Positions 51,310 through 64,000 of a stretch of DNA of 64,000 nucleotides are shown piece by piece. Made by a program: the position numbers and the translations under genes. The stretch's first letter is position 1. The number at the start of each line of letters is the position of its first letter. Source of the DNA: Octopus sinensis (Eukaryota). A model generated the notes under the pieces. It searched no databases. It had not been told where the DNA came from and worked only from the letters and a program-made list of their open reading frames with translations. Location of the stretch: the NCBI RefSeq assembly GCF_006345805.1, contig NC_043004.1, positions 21,018,001 through 21,082,000 on the forward strand, read 5' to 3'.

Positions 51310-51810
51310 GTAAACAGTAACAATAATTACAGACATGGACAAGAACATGAAACACCACAGAGACGACACAAGAACCACAGGACGGGACATTCGAAGCCCT
51401 CAGTCATCAGTCAAGAACCAGATCATCTTAGCAATTTCGGCTGATTAATCTTGAGATTGCTCCGATATGGCCAGCCCGCCAAGGGAAATCTAAGCCAAGC
51501 GCATTAGATCCCCTGGAAGAAAGCTTCGAATGTCTACAACGAAAGGACGGAAACCAGATCGAAGTACACAAACAAAAATACAGAATACGTGACACCAATA
51601 AGAATACAAAAACGTAAAAACAATAACGGTAAAAATAAAAAATAAAAAATAAACAACAAAACAAAACCAGGACGTAGGACAAGGGTCTTTCGACAGGACG
51701 ATTTGAGAATGGGGCTGGCTTGTGAAGTTGTGCCTAAAGGCCACGGGGAGACGAACAAATCCGTGTTGCTTCTGAGGCTGCTGAAAACGAAAAGAGCGCT
51801 CAACAGCGGC
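51310..51810. mobile_element. Unclassified CpG-rich repeat between microsatellites
   Basis: Sharp compositional shift, flanked by (TA)n and (CA)n, with an internal 12-bp inverted pair GACATTCGAAGC/GCTTCGAATGTC. Confidence 0.35.
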
Positions 51811-51841
51811 TAGCTACACACACACAAATATATATACGTAT

Positions 51842-51881
<40 letters not shown>

Positions 51882-52659
51882 ATATACATACATGTGTATG
51901 TGTGTGTGTGTGTGTGTGAAGCCCTTTGTATCTGAGATTTCTGCAATTAACTGTATTTCTTCATACTTCTTTTCATTATTTTGTTATTCTCCAGTGTTAT
52001 TGCGGGGAATTGGTATTCTTTCTTTGATGTTCTTCCCTTTGTCTTCTCTTTGCTGCATGGTAGCAAATAACTGTTATTGTTATTCAAGACATGGTTTTCC
52101 TCAAATTAAATATTGTGTCCTTTTAGGTTTGCAACAAAATTAGTTTTTGTATGGTTATAATTGTCTGTTTCTAGTTGTATCTCATTATTCAGCATTGTAT
52201 ATTTTAGAGTTTGGTACATTGCCAGTATCTCCATGTCCCCTTTAGATTTCTTAATGGCCTATGTATAGCAGAAAATTTGGTTGTTTTATAAAACGTCTCA
52301 ACTGTTGGTTTCCTAACATCTCAGTTACTTTGCACCAGGTCAACCTTTATCAAAGCCACTGTTTGATTAAAAATAGCTGAGATACCTTCAGCAATGTACT
52401 CAATTATATAAACCCCAGAATGTCATTTGTGATTGTTGGGAGGATTTGAATTCAGAACATAAAAGGATATGGCTAAATACAACAAGGTAGTTTGTTCAAT
52501 GCTATTCTAGTTCTTCTCCAGAATTACATTACCCTATGTATATTTTCTTTTTATTTAAGATGGCACTGAGTAATCTGAGAGTGATGTGGCTCTTATTTCA
52601 GCATATTTATAGATTATAGATGTAGAAGCACCTGACAACAACAGTGACAAAAATAAATC

Positions 52660-52853
52660 GTTTTATTATAGTCACAAGGCCTAAAATGCCAGGGATAAGG
52701 GGCTACAACCACAGTGGCCAACTGATACTTATTTTATCAACCCCCAAAAAGATGAAAGACAATGTCAGCCTCAGCTGCATTGGAACTCAGAATGACAAAG
52801 AACTGGAAGAAATGCCATTTGACATACTAATGATTCTGTCAGCTTACTGCCTT
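52660..52853 (-). mobile_element. SINE family B
   Basis: Reverse complement of family B, adjoining (AAT)n at 52855-53000. Confidence 0.7.
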
Positions 52854-52905
52854 AAATAATAATAATAATAATAATAAAAATAAAAATAATAATAATGATA
52901 ATAAC

Positions 52906-52937
<32 letters not shown>

Positions 52938-52950
52938 TAATAATAATAAC

Positions 52951-52999
<49 letters not shown>

Positions 53000-53243
53000 G
53001 TGGTAATGGAGTAGTAATAGAAGCAACAGAAGTAATGCAACACATGAAGACGTTCCCCCCACCCACCTTTGTATATGTTTTTTTCTCACATCTCCCTTTC
53101 TTCCCTTTGCCTTTTATGTAAACCCTCTCACAAATTATAAAGTGTTCTTGTAATGTCTCCACCATCATTTGCCATAGCCGTAAATGAAAGAAATCATCAT
53201 TATCATTATTACTATTATTACTATTATTATTATTATTATTATT

Positions 53244-53435
53244 GAAGGTGAGAATCATTACAGAACACAGTGACATTTGTTCTGGCTTTATGTTCTGAGT
53301 TTGAATGCTACAAAGGTCAACTTTGCTTTCCATCCTTTTGGGGGGTTGATGAAATGAGTACTAGTCAAGAACTGGGGTTGATGTAACCAACTAGTTCCTC
53401 CTTCAAAATTGCAGGCCTTGCGCCTAAAGTGGAAT
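53244..53435 (+). mobile_element. SINE family B
   Basis: TCTGAGTTTGAAT...CTTTGCTTTCCATCCTTTTGGGGGTTGATGAAATGAGTACTAG. Confidence 0.7.
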
Positions 53436-55034
53436 ACATCATCATCGTCATCATCATCATCATCATCATCATCGTCGTCGTCGTCGTCGTCGTCATCATA
53501 TAAGTTTTATTAAATGATAATTTAATTAGCAAGGACGTTAATTTGAGGTTTGGTGACAACAAATCTCAGATTTTCTTAAGATTCCTGTTATTCATTAGAT
53601 TAGCAAGCTAATCAAGCAGCATCTGAAAGTTGCAATTATAAACAAAAGGTTGTGAGACACCTTGAAATGGCCAATTGAATATGAATCATTTAAATACCAG
53701 TGTTTAGAAAGAGCTAGTGACAGAGAGAAAAAGATTAGATGGGGAACTAATTAACAAGCCAGAAAAAGTCCATGACCAATGTGTCCATGGCAAAAATGGC
53801 CTTCAACCATTTCCTCAACAGTTGATATAAAGACTGCATTGTTAGAACTAGTGCACATGCACCAAAACAATTGGGACCAGGAGCATGTGTGGCATAGGCA
53901 TGATGTTAAAACAGAACCACATTCCAGTCTTTGACTGGATTTGAATGGTGTACCCTGTAAGGTTTATGGTTATATGCTAGACTTTGTTTGGCAACATCTT
54001 GGCAAATGTCTGCTGCAACTGGCTGCAGAACATAATTCTCAGTTCTATAGAGTATGTTAATGTTGCTGTGGAAAGATGCTAGCAAAAGAGGTATTATAGA
54101 TAATTCCTTACTGATAACTCTACCAAATGCAAAGCCAAGGTGTTTGCAAAGATATCAGCACTTGTCACTGATGGTTTGACTAGGGAAGTACATGTTCAAT
54201 CTCCCAATAGATCAATCAACAACAACTTCTCATTTATGCAATACATGATAGAATGGAGTGGGTAACCAATCTAGTATTGGTGGGGTCCTGATCAATTTGG
54301 ATCAACCATCATTACTTGACAGCAGTCCAAAAAGCAGCTAGTTTTGGACCTGTTTTCAGAGGCTGGATTGCAGCAATGCATAGCAGTTCTTGTTCAGTGG
54401 TCAAAATAAACAATCACTTCTTGGAAACCTCTCATATTTGCTTACCTAGTCCTTCAAGGATGTCCTTTCTCACCACTTACGTATGCACCAGTTTTTGAGC
54501 CATTGCTGTGGTAGTTAGAATTATTGAGGAGCATTTCTTTTGAGCTGGGTTGTGGGAGAGCCATATCAACACCACCATAGTAGTGTCAGACATCGTGGAG
54601 GTGAATTTAGTTGGCTTGATTTTGAAGTAATACAAGGTGATGGTAGGAGCAAAGATAAATCCAGATATGTTGGTGAGCTTGTGACTCAAACTCTTGAGAG
54701 GCAAGTCTAATACATTGAAAAAACATAGTAGGTTGCAACAAAGATAGATCAGTTAAAATATTTGGGTCTGGTTTGTTCAAAGTCCTCCAATGCATATGAA
54801 CTTTGATGATGTTATGAGCAAGGGGGGCACAGATGAGGTTAGAGGAAGTATCTATGTGAGGTTAAGTAGCAGTTGTGATGTTCATCATAACTTACCAACT
54901 AACTGTTGTGTCTTGCATATGTCCCTGGAAGGCCAGATTTGAAGCTTCTGCTTTTGGAAGGAACACATTTCACTGATCAGATGATCCACCTGTTTTCAGC
55001 ATCTCCTGGAACAAACGGTGTGTTCAGCCACACA

Positions 55035-55330
55035 CTGTGATAATAGCCACAATGTTATTGCTGCAGAGAATGGCTATCGATACTTGTAGCATCCACCCCA
55101 CCTTGTGGGGCTCATATCTCAGATAGGCTGCCATTATCCCGATTTTGCATAGAAAATTGGTATTTTGAGGTTAGAGAATACCTAACGTCTCAACAGCAAC
55201 TGAAGCAAACAGACAGTGGCCAACTAGGCACCCTGTATTTATTGATTTTCTTTCCTCTACATCATGCGGGGTGACACCTTGGTTTGCAGTCAATGCAGCA
55301 AGGTTGACACTGATAGTTTGGATGTATATG
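55035..55330 (-). pseudogene. CRE-clade-like non-LTR retrotransposon C-terminal remnant
   Basis: EERK...LFASVAVETLGIL*PQNTNFLCKIG...EPH...LQVSIAILCSNN resembles the PxxVETLG...QRxSxAIQRGN terminus of CRE-type RLE elements. Confidence 0.55.
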
Positions 55331-55459
55331 ACTGGTGTATGTTGGTGTTGTTATTGTTGTTGTAGTTTCTGCTTCATGTCACTATAAATAAATGTTCATT
55401 TTGTTATTTTGCTCCTGGTAGGTCAGGATGATGCAGACCTAAGATCAAAACCATATCTA

Positions 55460-55690
55460 TTTCTTTACTACCCACAAGGGGCTAAACACAGAGAGGACAA
55501 ACAAGGAAAGACAAACGGATTAAGTTGATTATATCGACCCCAGTGCGTAACTGGTACTTATTTAATCGACCCCGAAAGGATGAAAGGCAAAGTCAACCTC
55601 GGCGGAATTTGAACTCAGAACGTATCGGCAGACGAAATACATCTAAGCATTTCGCCAGGCGTGCTAACGTTTCTGCTAGCTCGCCGCCTT
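55460..55690 (-). mobile_element. SINE family B, young variant with alternative 3' tail
   Basis: CpG-retaining reverse complement GGCGGCGAGCTAGCAGAAACGTTAGCACGCC...GAGTTCAAATTCCGCCGAGG. Confidence 0.85.
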
Positions 55691-56387
55691 CAAAACCATA
55701 TCAGTCACATCCACCCTGTTTGTTCCCTTCCCAAGCATCAAACAATAACATTCAATGATGCATAAGATATATCTTTATATTGAAAACATCACAGATTTTA
55801 CAGATATTTAGTTGCTATTTCTTGCTGGCTGAACAGAGCTGTAGATTCCAACTTTATGTCAACTGGTTACACTGATTCACATTTGGAATCAATTATTTCA
55901 AATCTTGCTGGGAAAAGATATTTGAAGATTTCTTTTGTTCCTCTAAAATGGATAAACTACATGCATAACACATCACCAACACCAAGTTGATGTCAGATGA
56001 TTATATCATCTCCTTTTACAAACCCATGCTTCTATCTCTGAAAATAAAAGATTACTTTTATTGATTCTGTTGGAAGTAAGGTTGCTGAAGAACACCTATT
56101 GAGGAATGAATTATTTATGACATGGAGCTAGATCAACTTTGAGATGTTCAGGTATAAACATCATACATATGCACACACACACACATGTGTACAAACACAC
56201 ACAAACATGCATATGCACATGTTAATATACATGCAGTCCTCTCACCTGTCAGATATTGTCAAACCATATAATCTATGCCACCATGGAATATGGGTGGTAA
56301 ATGAAAATGAGGATGATGATACATACATGCATATATGCATACAGATACATGCACATGCACACACACACGCACACATACACATACACA

Positions 56388-57485
56388 CAGGATGTCCCCC
56401 CAAAATGTATACACACTTTGAATAAAGTCAATGGTTATTAAACTATATTTTATTTTCAAAATTTAACAGAATCTACAGAAAAAATTTAATGTTTGTTATG
56501 AATGTCTGTTTATCAACTGACTACCATTCTTGTCCAGGCATTGCTGATATTGTGAAATCAAAGAATCTCAAACATCAAGAAACATTTAATTTAGTATTTT
56601 CACACTCACGCATTCAATAGTTGGCCTCAATCCATTTGATTGTTGCCAGTTTTGTACCATAAACTTTATTGTTTAAATATCCCCATTAAAAAGCCTCTAG
56701 CGGTGTGAGGTCTTGTAAATGTGGAGGGTATTCAATTGAAACTCTTTGTCTAATCCACCTGTTTGTCAAAATCTCACAAGTTCAGCACTTACATTACTGT
56801 AGTAGAGTGGGGGATGCCCCATCTTACTGAAACTAAAATTTCACATCATAAAAGTTCTCTTTAATGCTTGGAACAACAAGTTGGTGCTGCAAGTTCAAGT
56901 AAATGGGTCCACTCACAGTAATGCCAAAAAAAAAAACAAAACAAAAAAAAAAACAAAGGAAAAGTATACTTTATCTTTTTGATGATAAGCTTCACCCTCA
57001 TAAATCAATATGATGTTCCTCCATAATATACAGATTCACAGATCCCTTGTATGTGCAGTTGTAGTGGTTCTTTGAGCCATTATATTTAAATGTATCCTCA
57101 TGACTTCAAACAGTCTATGTTATAAAATGTGCATCTTCTACATATCTTGTTAAGTATCATTCACAAAACTCCACAATTCTGACCAGTTTATCTTCACTGA
57201 GATCATGGACTATTCTTGCAATGCAACTTTTCCAATTACAGCACTACAAAGTGCAATGGATGCGCATTTTTGAATTTCCTTTCCCATGACTCACTTGCTG
57301 CACAGATTTTCTTCAATTCTGGCGGTGCATCAGTATGGCCGCAGCTCTGAGCTGAAATGTAAAAAAAAAAAAATTCTGGCATTATATTATCAGCATCTTT
57401 CCTTGCTTTGTAGGGCTTATCAGTGCCCATAGTCTTCCAGAATGTTTCTTGTGGACGTTCTGAACAGTCCCATCTGCTTCAAACT
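56388..57485 (-). pseudogene. Tc1/mariner-superfamily transposon remnant (DD37D/maT-like)
   Basis: TIR-like CAGGATGTCCCCCCAAAA at 56388. Minus strand gives IRDKFEADGTVQNVHKKHSGR, FQ*DGA, NRWI...IEYPPHLQDLTPL. Confidence 0.7.
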
Positions 57486-57507
57486 TATCTCTAATTCAAA
57501 TGATGGC

Positions 57508-57830
57508 AAGTTCATCATCATCATTATCATCATTTAACGTCCACCTTCTATTCTAGCATGTGTTGGATAGTTTGGCAGGAGCTGGCTAGGCAGACTGCAC
57601 CAAACATTTGTGTCTGCTTCAGCATGGTTGTTATAGTTGGATGCCCTTCCTTGCACCAACCACTAAGCAGAGTGGACAGAATGCTTTTTATGTGGCACTC
57701 ACACAAGCAAGATCAGTTTTGACATGGATCTAACTGCTTTACAGTGGATGCTTTTTATGTGGCACCAACACTGGCAGGGTCACCAAGTAATTTACAAGAC
57801 AAAGATCCTTTAAGAAGAGAGGGGGAATTG
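57508..57830 (-). mobile_element. RTE 3'UTR (old)
   Basis: (CAT)n-TTTAACGTCC...GGATGCCCTTCCT. Confidence 0.7.
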
Positions 57831-58243
57831 GAGAAGGTGTAGGTAAATCCATTTCAGGCTGACTGCTAAACTATCTTTACACATCAACTGTACTTTCAAA
57901 TTTCTACTTGTGCTTAAGGATAAATCTCTTTTGTTCAAAGCTTGGTCTGGCTTCCTTAATTATACCTGATGGGTGAAATCTAGAGGGAATGAGAATTAAG
58001 TTAGCTGTTAAAATGTGTATACACTATTTGGAACACTTAGTGTGTGTGTGTGTGTGTGTGTGCACGTGTATAAACAGCTTTATGGATCTCATTGCTTCAG
58101 AACTTCTACAACACACAGGTGCTATGAGAAAATTTTCATCCCTCTGAATTGAATAAATATGCATACAAATGCACAAAATCCCATGTAAAAGTATATAGAC
58201 ATACATATGAAAGATGAGTGCACAGTGATTTTTATGTAAGGAA

Positions 58244-58244
58244 C

Positions 58245-58314
<70 letters not shown>

Positions 58315-58560
58315 TTATCTATCTCATCTATCTATCTATCTAATCTATCTAATCTATCTATCTAATCTATCTAATCTATCTAATCTATCTATCTATCTAA
58401 TCTATCTATCTAATATATCTATCTGTCTATCTGTCTATCTGTCTATCTATCTATCTGTCTATCTATCTATCTAATCTATCTAATCTATCTATCTATCTAT
58501 CTGCCTGTCTATCTGTCTGTCTCTCTATCTCTCATTCTCTTCTCTCTCTCTCTCTCTCTC
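58244..58560. repeat. (ATCT)n/(GTCT)n/(CT)n compound microsatellite
   Basis: Seen directly. Confidence 0.95.
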
Positions 58561-59379
58561 TCTCTATCCAGGCATACATGTGTGTGTGTGGAAGGAGGAA
58601 TGTATACATAGGTATGTATCTATATACATGTATAAGTACATATGCACACATGCATATATTATCATCATCATGACCATAATCTTTTTAAATCTGCAATCCC
58701 CTGATGGCATAGGGCATGGGTTAAATAAATTAGAAGCCACTTCTAGCTGCTATGTTCCATTTTTGACAAGGATCTGTAGACCATTTCAGAGAGTGGACTG
58801 GATGCGATTGATCATGGCACCAGCACTAGAGTGGCTACCTTGTACTTAGAAAGATTTCTCAATCTTCTCTAACATGTTATTCATGTTCATTCATTCCTTT
58901 ATAACAGTCGGTTGTTTCCTCCTTGGCATGTAGAAGAGAGAATGGTAAGAAATGTCAGTAAAAAAAAGAAAAAGGATGATTGAAAGGAAGTAATAGATGC
59001 AAACCCAGAAGGATAAGAGTTGCAGGTGATAGAGTAAGCAAAAAAGGTAGAGAAAGAGAGAGAGAGAGAGATGGACAGATGCACAAATTATTTTGGTGAG
59101 GAGATTGAATAGAAACAGTGTGAGCTGTGTGAAATGGGAAGGGATAGAGAAGGTGGTAGGGGGAGATATAGAGTGACAGAAAAGGAAAAGTGAGTGACAG
59201 AGGAGAGAGTAAAGGGTTGATGGTGATAGTTCTAAAGAAGGGAGGATGATAATAGAGGTATTGAATACAGATCGATCCATTGTGGTGCTATCCCTCATTA
59301 CAATAAGTGGCATGATTTGAGAGAGAGAACGGGTGATTATAGAAAGACACATTGATAAGTGTAGTGATAAAGAAGACAC

Positions 59380-59590
59380 TTATTTATTTTGAGATGCTCT
59401 GTTTCTTTCAATTAATTTTAATTATAACAAAGGATTTAGTAAAATAATTTAGTTATCAATAATCTAGGGTTAAAAGCATAAATCGTGACTAAAGTTTGGT
59501 GGAAGATTTTAATTCAAAACTTATGAAAACTAAGCATTTGTACTACAGAGCCAGAGGCGGTTTCAGCTGGGTTGGTATCGAAAGGGTTAA
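59380..59590. mobile_element. Possible piggyBac-like MITE, right part
   Basis: Ends GGTATCGAAAGGG-TTAA. Left terminus not found. Confidence 0.35.
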
Positions 59591-59597
59591 AGGGTTA

Positions 59598-59752
59598 AAG
59601 AGTGTTTGGCATTAGGAAGGACATCCAGCTGTAGAAACTCTACCAGATCAGATTGGAGCCTGGTGCAGCCATCTGGCTCAGCAATCCCCAGTCAAACCGT
59701 CCAACCCATGCCAGCATCGAAAGCGGACGTTAAACAATGATGATGATTATGA

Positions 59753-59819
<67 letters not shown>

Positions 59820-59965
59820 ATGTATGTATGTATGTCTGTATGTATGCATATATGTATATGTATGTATATACACAGGATTCTTTTAATGATCACTATTTTA
59901 ATTATAATTATTATTTGATCGTGTTTTAATGTGAAATACACAAAGGAGAAAATCTATTTAAAACA
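59598..59965 (+). repeat. Direct duplicate of 61724-62073 (RTE tail, microsatellite and unique flank)
   Basis: Shared unique block CACAGGATTCTTTTAATGATCACTATTTTAATT...AAATCTATTTAAAACA, offset about 2.1 kb. Confidence 0.9.
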
Positions 59966-60019
59966 TGAAGATTTTTATATGAACAGAACAGATGGGAAAG
60001 ACTTCAACATAGATGTGTT

Positions 60020-61015
60020 TATGTCTACTTTTACCAACTTGCATGGGTTGGGCAGACCATCAGTACAGTGCTTCACCACAAGTTATGGTCTTTTATCATC
60101 TTGAGGGAGTCAGCCACTTGTGATCTCCACTTCTTCCTTCTACATATTCCTTCAAATTGATGTGCCTAACACTTTTAGAGATATTTTTCATTCTCTATAT
60201 GTATTGCATGTCCACACTTAAGCAGTCTTCTCTCTTGCATGCAACATCTGATTTCTCATATATATGGATTTCCTCTTGTGTCATTAGTGCCCTGTAGTTC
60301 CTGCACACTAAAATTACACATCCGCCAATGTACGAATATTTCATACCTTTTCAATAACGGCAGATTCTCTTCATTCAAAGCCCATATCTTGTTATTATGC
60401 AGCATCACCTGTTGTACAGGAAGCACTAAACAATTTCCTCTTCATGCACCTTATTCTTGCTTTTCAAATTTAATTTCAGAACTCCAGCTACAATTACATA
60501 ATCAGAGTGACAAAAGCTATCAACTACTTCTAGAAAGATTTCTGAGCACTTAAAAGAATTTATTCTAACTCAATTCCACTATTCCTGTGCATCTACCACT
60601 AATGAATGAAATATACTTCCTTTGTTATCCTATCTGTAATCCCACTACACATTTGTGATTCCATTTTACAATGGGTACATCTTTTTGCCAAGGCTACTTT
60701 CCTGGCAGCAGCAAGGAGTTGTCTTTTCCCGTGTAAACTATAACTTCAGTTTTGTAAGATTTCCTTTGTGGCCTCCCAATTCTAGGATTGGCTTCCAAAT
60801 TTGGAAATTCTTCTCTGGATCTTTTATTCAGTTTTGAGTTATAGATCATTGACGTACATGAGTTCTTAGAGAGAACTCGTTATAAACTCCCTTGTTTTGA
60901 CTTGGAAGACTATATTAAATAGAAGGGGAATGAGAACTGAGTCCTGCTGTTCAATAAACTATGTTAAATTCTTTCATGTGCACTTTGGTTACATCTTGTC
61001 ATCAGCACCCCTGTA
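60020..61015 (-). pseudogene. Old decayed copy of the PHD-RTE family
   Basis: QDSVLIPLLFNIVFQ...ELMYVNDL, SGRCTG and VMLHNNKIWAL align to the motifs of 20581-22967. Confidence 0.75.
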
Positions 61016-61114
61016 CATGACTTGCTCTAGTCTTTTGAGCTATTTATCTATCTCTAGTTCTTTTACAAGCTTGTATGTGTGCATACATATTTATATACAA
61101 TATATATATATATA

Positions 61115-61158
<44 letters not shown>

Positions 61159-61164
61159 TTTATA

Positions 61165-61880
61165 TATATCATCATCATTTAGCGTCCGTTTTCCATGCTA
61201 GCATGGGTTGGACAGTTCAACTGGGGTCTGTGAAGCCGGAAGGCTTCATCAGGCCTAGTCAGATCTGGCAGTGTTTCTACGGCTGGATGCCCTTCCTAAC
61301 GCCAACCACTCCGTGAGTGTAGTGGGTGCTTTTTACGTGCCACCCGCACAGGTGCCAGACAGAGCTGGCAGGTGCCAGACACATGTATATATTAAAATCA
61401 AATTCGATGACAGCACTGCATGACTGGCATCCGTGCTAGTGGAGCACTAAGGGCACCATCCAAGCAGGATCATTGCCAGGGCTGCTGACTGGCCCCCATG
61501 CTGGTGGCACATAAAAAGCAGCATTCGACCATGATCGTTACCAGCATCACTTTACTGGCACTTGTACTGGTGTTACGTGAAAACATGTGAGTGAGGGCAT
61601 TGCCAGTGCTGCTGGATTGGCTCCTGTGCAGGTGAAACTTAAAAACACCATTTGAGCATGGCCGTTGCCAGTACTGCCTGACTGGCCCTCATGCCAGTAG
61701 CACATAAGAGTACCCACTACACTCTCAGAGTATTTGGCATTAGGAAGGACATCCAGCTGTAGAAACTCTACCAGATCAGATTGAAGCCTGGTGCAGCCAT
61801 CTGGCTCACCAGTCCCCAGTCAAACCGTCCAACCCATGACAGCATCGAAAGCGGACGTTAAACAATGATGATGATTATGA

Positions 61881-61885
<5 letters not shown>
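61165..61885. mobile_element. Two RTE 3'UTR copies, tails outward (minus 61165-~61380; plus ~61380-61885)
   Basis: (CAT)n on the left, (GAT)n on the right, family motifs in both orientations. Confidence 0.8.
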
Positions 61886-61923
<38 letters not shown>

Positions 61924-62472
61924 TATATATGTATGTATGTATGTCTGTATGTATGCATATATATATATGTATGTATATACACAGGATTCTTTTAATGATC
62001 ACTATTTTAATTATAATTATTATTTGATCGTGTTTTAATGTGAAATACACAAAGGAGGAAATCTATTTAAAACAGAGTGTAGCCATAAAGAGAGATGATG
62101 CAATGAGAAAAAAAGATGAAACACAAAACGAGCTTTAAATCTTCTTTCAATGTTGTTGAACATTAGCAGATACATTCCTACATCAGCCAATAAAGACTAT
62201 AATAATTACCATAAACTTGTATTAATATAATTTCATGTTTCTTTACTTCCTTTGTTTTTCTATGCTTCTGTCTGGTTCACACTCTCACAATCAGTTTGCA
62301 CATGTGTACACACACGCACACACACACACGCACGCACACACACACACTCATGTGTGTGGAGGTATATGTGTATATATATGTGTGTGTGTTTGTCTGTGTA
62401 TCTATCTATCTATCTATCTAGATATATATGTATGTATATGTACATGTATATGTGTATATATATATATGTACA

Positions 62473-62575
<103 letters not shown>

Positions 62576-62670
62576 TATATACATACGCATATACGTATAC
62601 ATATATATACCCGTGCTAGCACGGAAAACGGACATTAAACGATGATGATTATGATGATGATGATATATAT

Positions 62671-62709
<39 letters not shown>

Positions 62710-62759
62710 TTCAAATACACATGTATATGTATTCATGTTCATGTGTATATAGTTTTCAT

Positions 62760-63060
62760 TGTTGAATCTATTGAGAAATTAGAGAAGTTCCAGGCTTTGA
62801 AGCTAAACCTAGAATTAAGTGGTCTTAAGGTAAGTAAACTTAGCAAAGATGAAGATTTTAGTTATTAGGAAAGAAAAGACATTACTCTGGTAGCGTCAAA
62901 GATATGGTCTTGCTTAATATGCAGAATCAGAGTTGGTGTAGACTCCTTATGCTGACCTGTTACATGCTATGGATGCACAAGAGGTGTAGTGGAATCAAAA
63001 GCAGACTAGCAGATAAAGTAAGCTTCATATATGGCACATGCACTGGAGCTGTATACAGCG
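62760..63060 (+). pseudogene. PHD-RTE family internal fragment
   Basis: LWMHKRCSGIKSRLADKVSFIYGTCTG. Confidence 0.6.
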
Positions 63061-63129
63061 GTGCACTTATTTATTCGAAATTTTAAAGTCAGTCATGATA
63101 TCATCTCCTGTCTTATGAATCAAATCATA

Positions 63130-64000
63130 TTCCTTCAAAGGGAGAGGTTCAAATCTCGTTAAGTAAACTTAATTCTGGAAAAACACAGGAATGTATGGAA
63201 TTGTAGCAGAGATTGTCTAGTTCGAAGCTTACCATATTGCAAAATCAATGTATAAAATAATAGTGATGTATAGAAGATAGGAACAGTTCCAAAAGTCTGA
63301 TGTGATGGTGTTATGCTCTGCTGCCAAAGTTTTTGCTGGGTTTTTCATTTTCTGATTAAATGATATGATTTCACTGAATGTTCTTCCAGAATCTCAGTGT
63401 AGCTTTAAGCCAAATAGAGTAACTATGGCTATGATATTTTCTGCAAATCTAGAGCAAGAAAAATGCTGAGAATAAAATCTAGATTTAGTCCAAGCCTTTG
63501 TTGATTTAACAAAGGCCTTTGACACAGTGAATCAGGAGGCATTATGGGAGGTTTGGCATAAGCTTGGCTATCCAATACATTTCATGAACATGATAAGATC
63601 TTTTCATAATGACATGTTTGCATTTGTCAGCATTGAAGGTGTTCTTTCAGAATCTTTTAAAGTGGAAAATAGAGTGAACCAAGGAGATATTCTTGGATCA
63701 GTGTTATTTTCTCTATACTTTTTGGTTATGCTTGCAAATGCATTCAAAGACTGCAGGGATGGTGTATGTATTCATTATAGAAACACTGGTAAATTATTTA
63801 ATTTGGAAAGGTTGCCAGGAAAAAGAAACACGTTTGTGTTTCTAATGAGAGGTTTATTGTATGCACATAACTGTAACTTAGTAACTTGTTCAATCAATGA
63901 ATTGCATCACTTAATGCTTAAAATTGACAAATCCCGTGCGATCTTTGAGATAGCATTAAATTTAGTTAAGTCTTTTGTTATGCTTCAGCTAGCATCCAGC
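63130..64000 (+). pseudogene. RTE (BovB-like) reverse transcriptase remnant, running off the window
   Basis: LPESQCSF...AFVDLTKAFDTVNQEALW...RVNQGDILGSVLFSLYF...GKLFNL...LLYAHNC (degenerate YADD). Confidence 0.85.

Noticed and set aside
53600-54900. Highly decayed CR1/L2-like endonuclease region
   Set aside because: Only scattered partial motifs with many stops and shifts; not classifiable.

Overview
AT-rich, repeat-saturated animal genomic DNA. The SINE and RTE-LINE families look like octopus (cephalopod) repeats; this is pattern recognition, not a database search. I found no intact host protein-coding gene, tRNA, rRNA or CRISPR array. Most long ORFs in the supplied track are translated microsatellites. 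The real coding remnants are all transposon-derived: Penelope-like (PLE) RT and GIY-YIG fragments, several RTE LINEs (one family with a PHD-type finger inside the RT), R4/Dong-like and CRE-like RLE LINEs, and three Tc1/mariner relics. Two tRNA-derived SINE families, Helitron-like non-autonomous elements and many fold-back elements fill much of the rest. Best signals: (1) five different short elements carry hammerhead-ribozyme (HHR) folds of the PLE/retrozyme type, including a perfect 199-bp-arm palindrome with a ribozyme on each strand and a near-canonical HHR at 44755-44840; (2) a CpG-rich solo LTR with a clean 4-bp TSD sits inside an 82-bp satellite that appears derived from a SINE/RTE tail; (3) a nearly intact Dong-like LINE 3' portion sits in (TAA)n. 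All alignments, folds and coordinates were read by eye, so TE boundaries are approximate.
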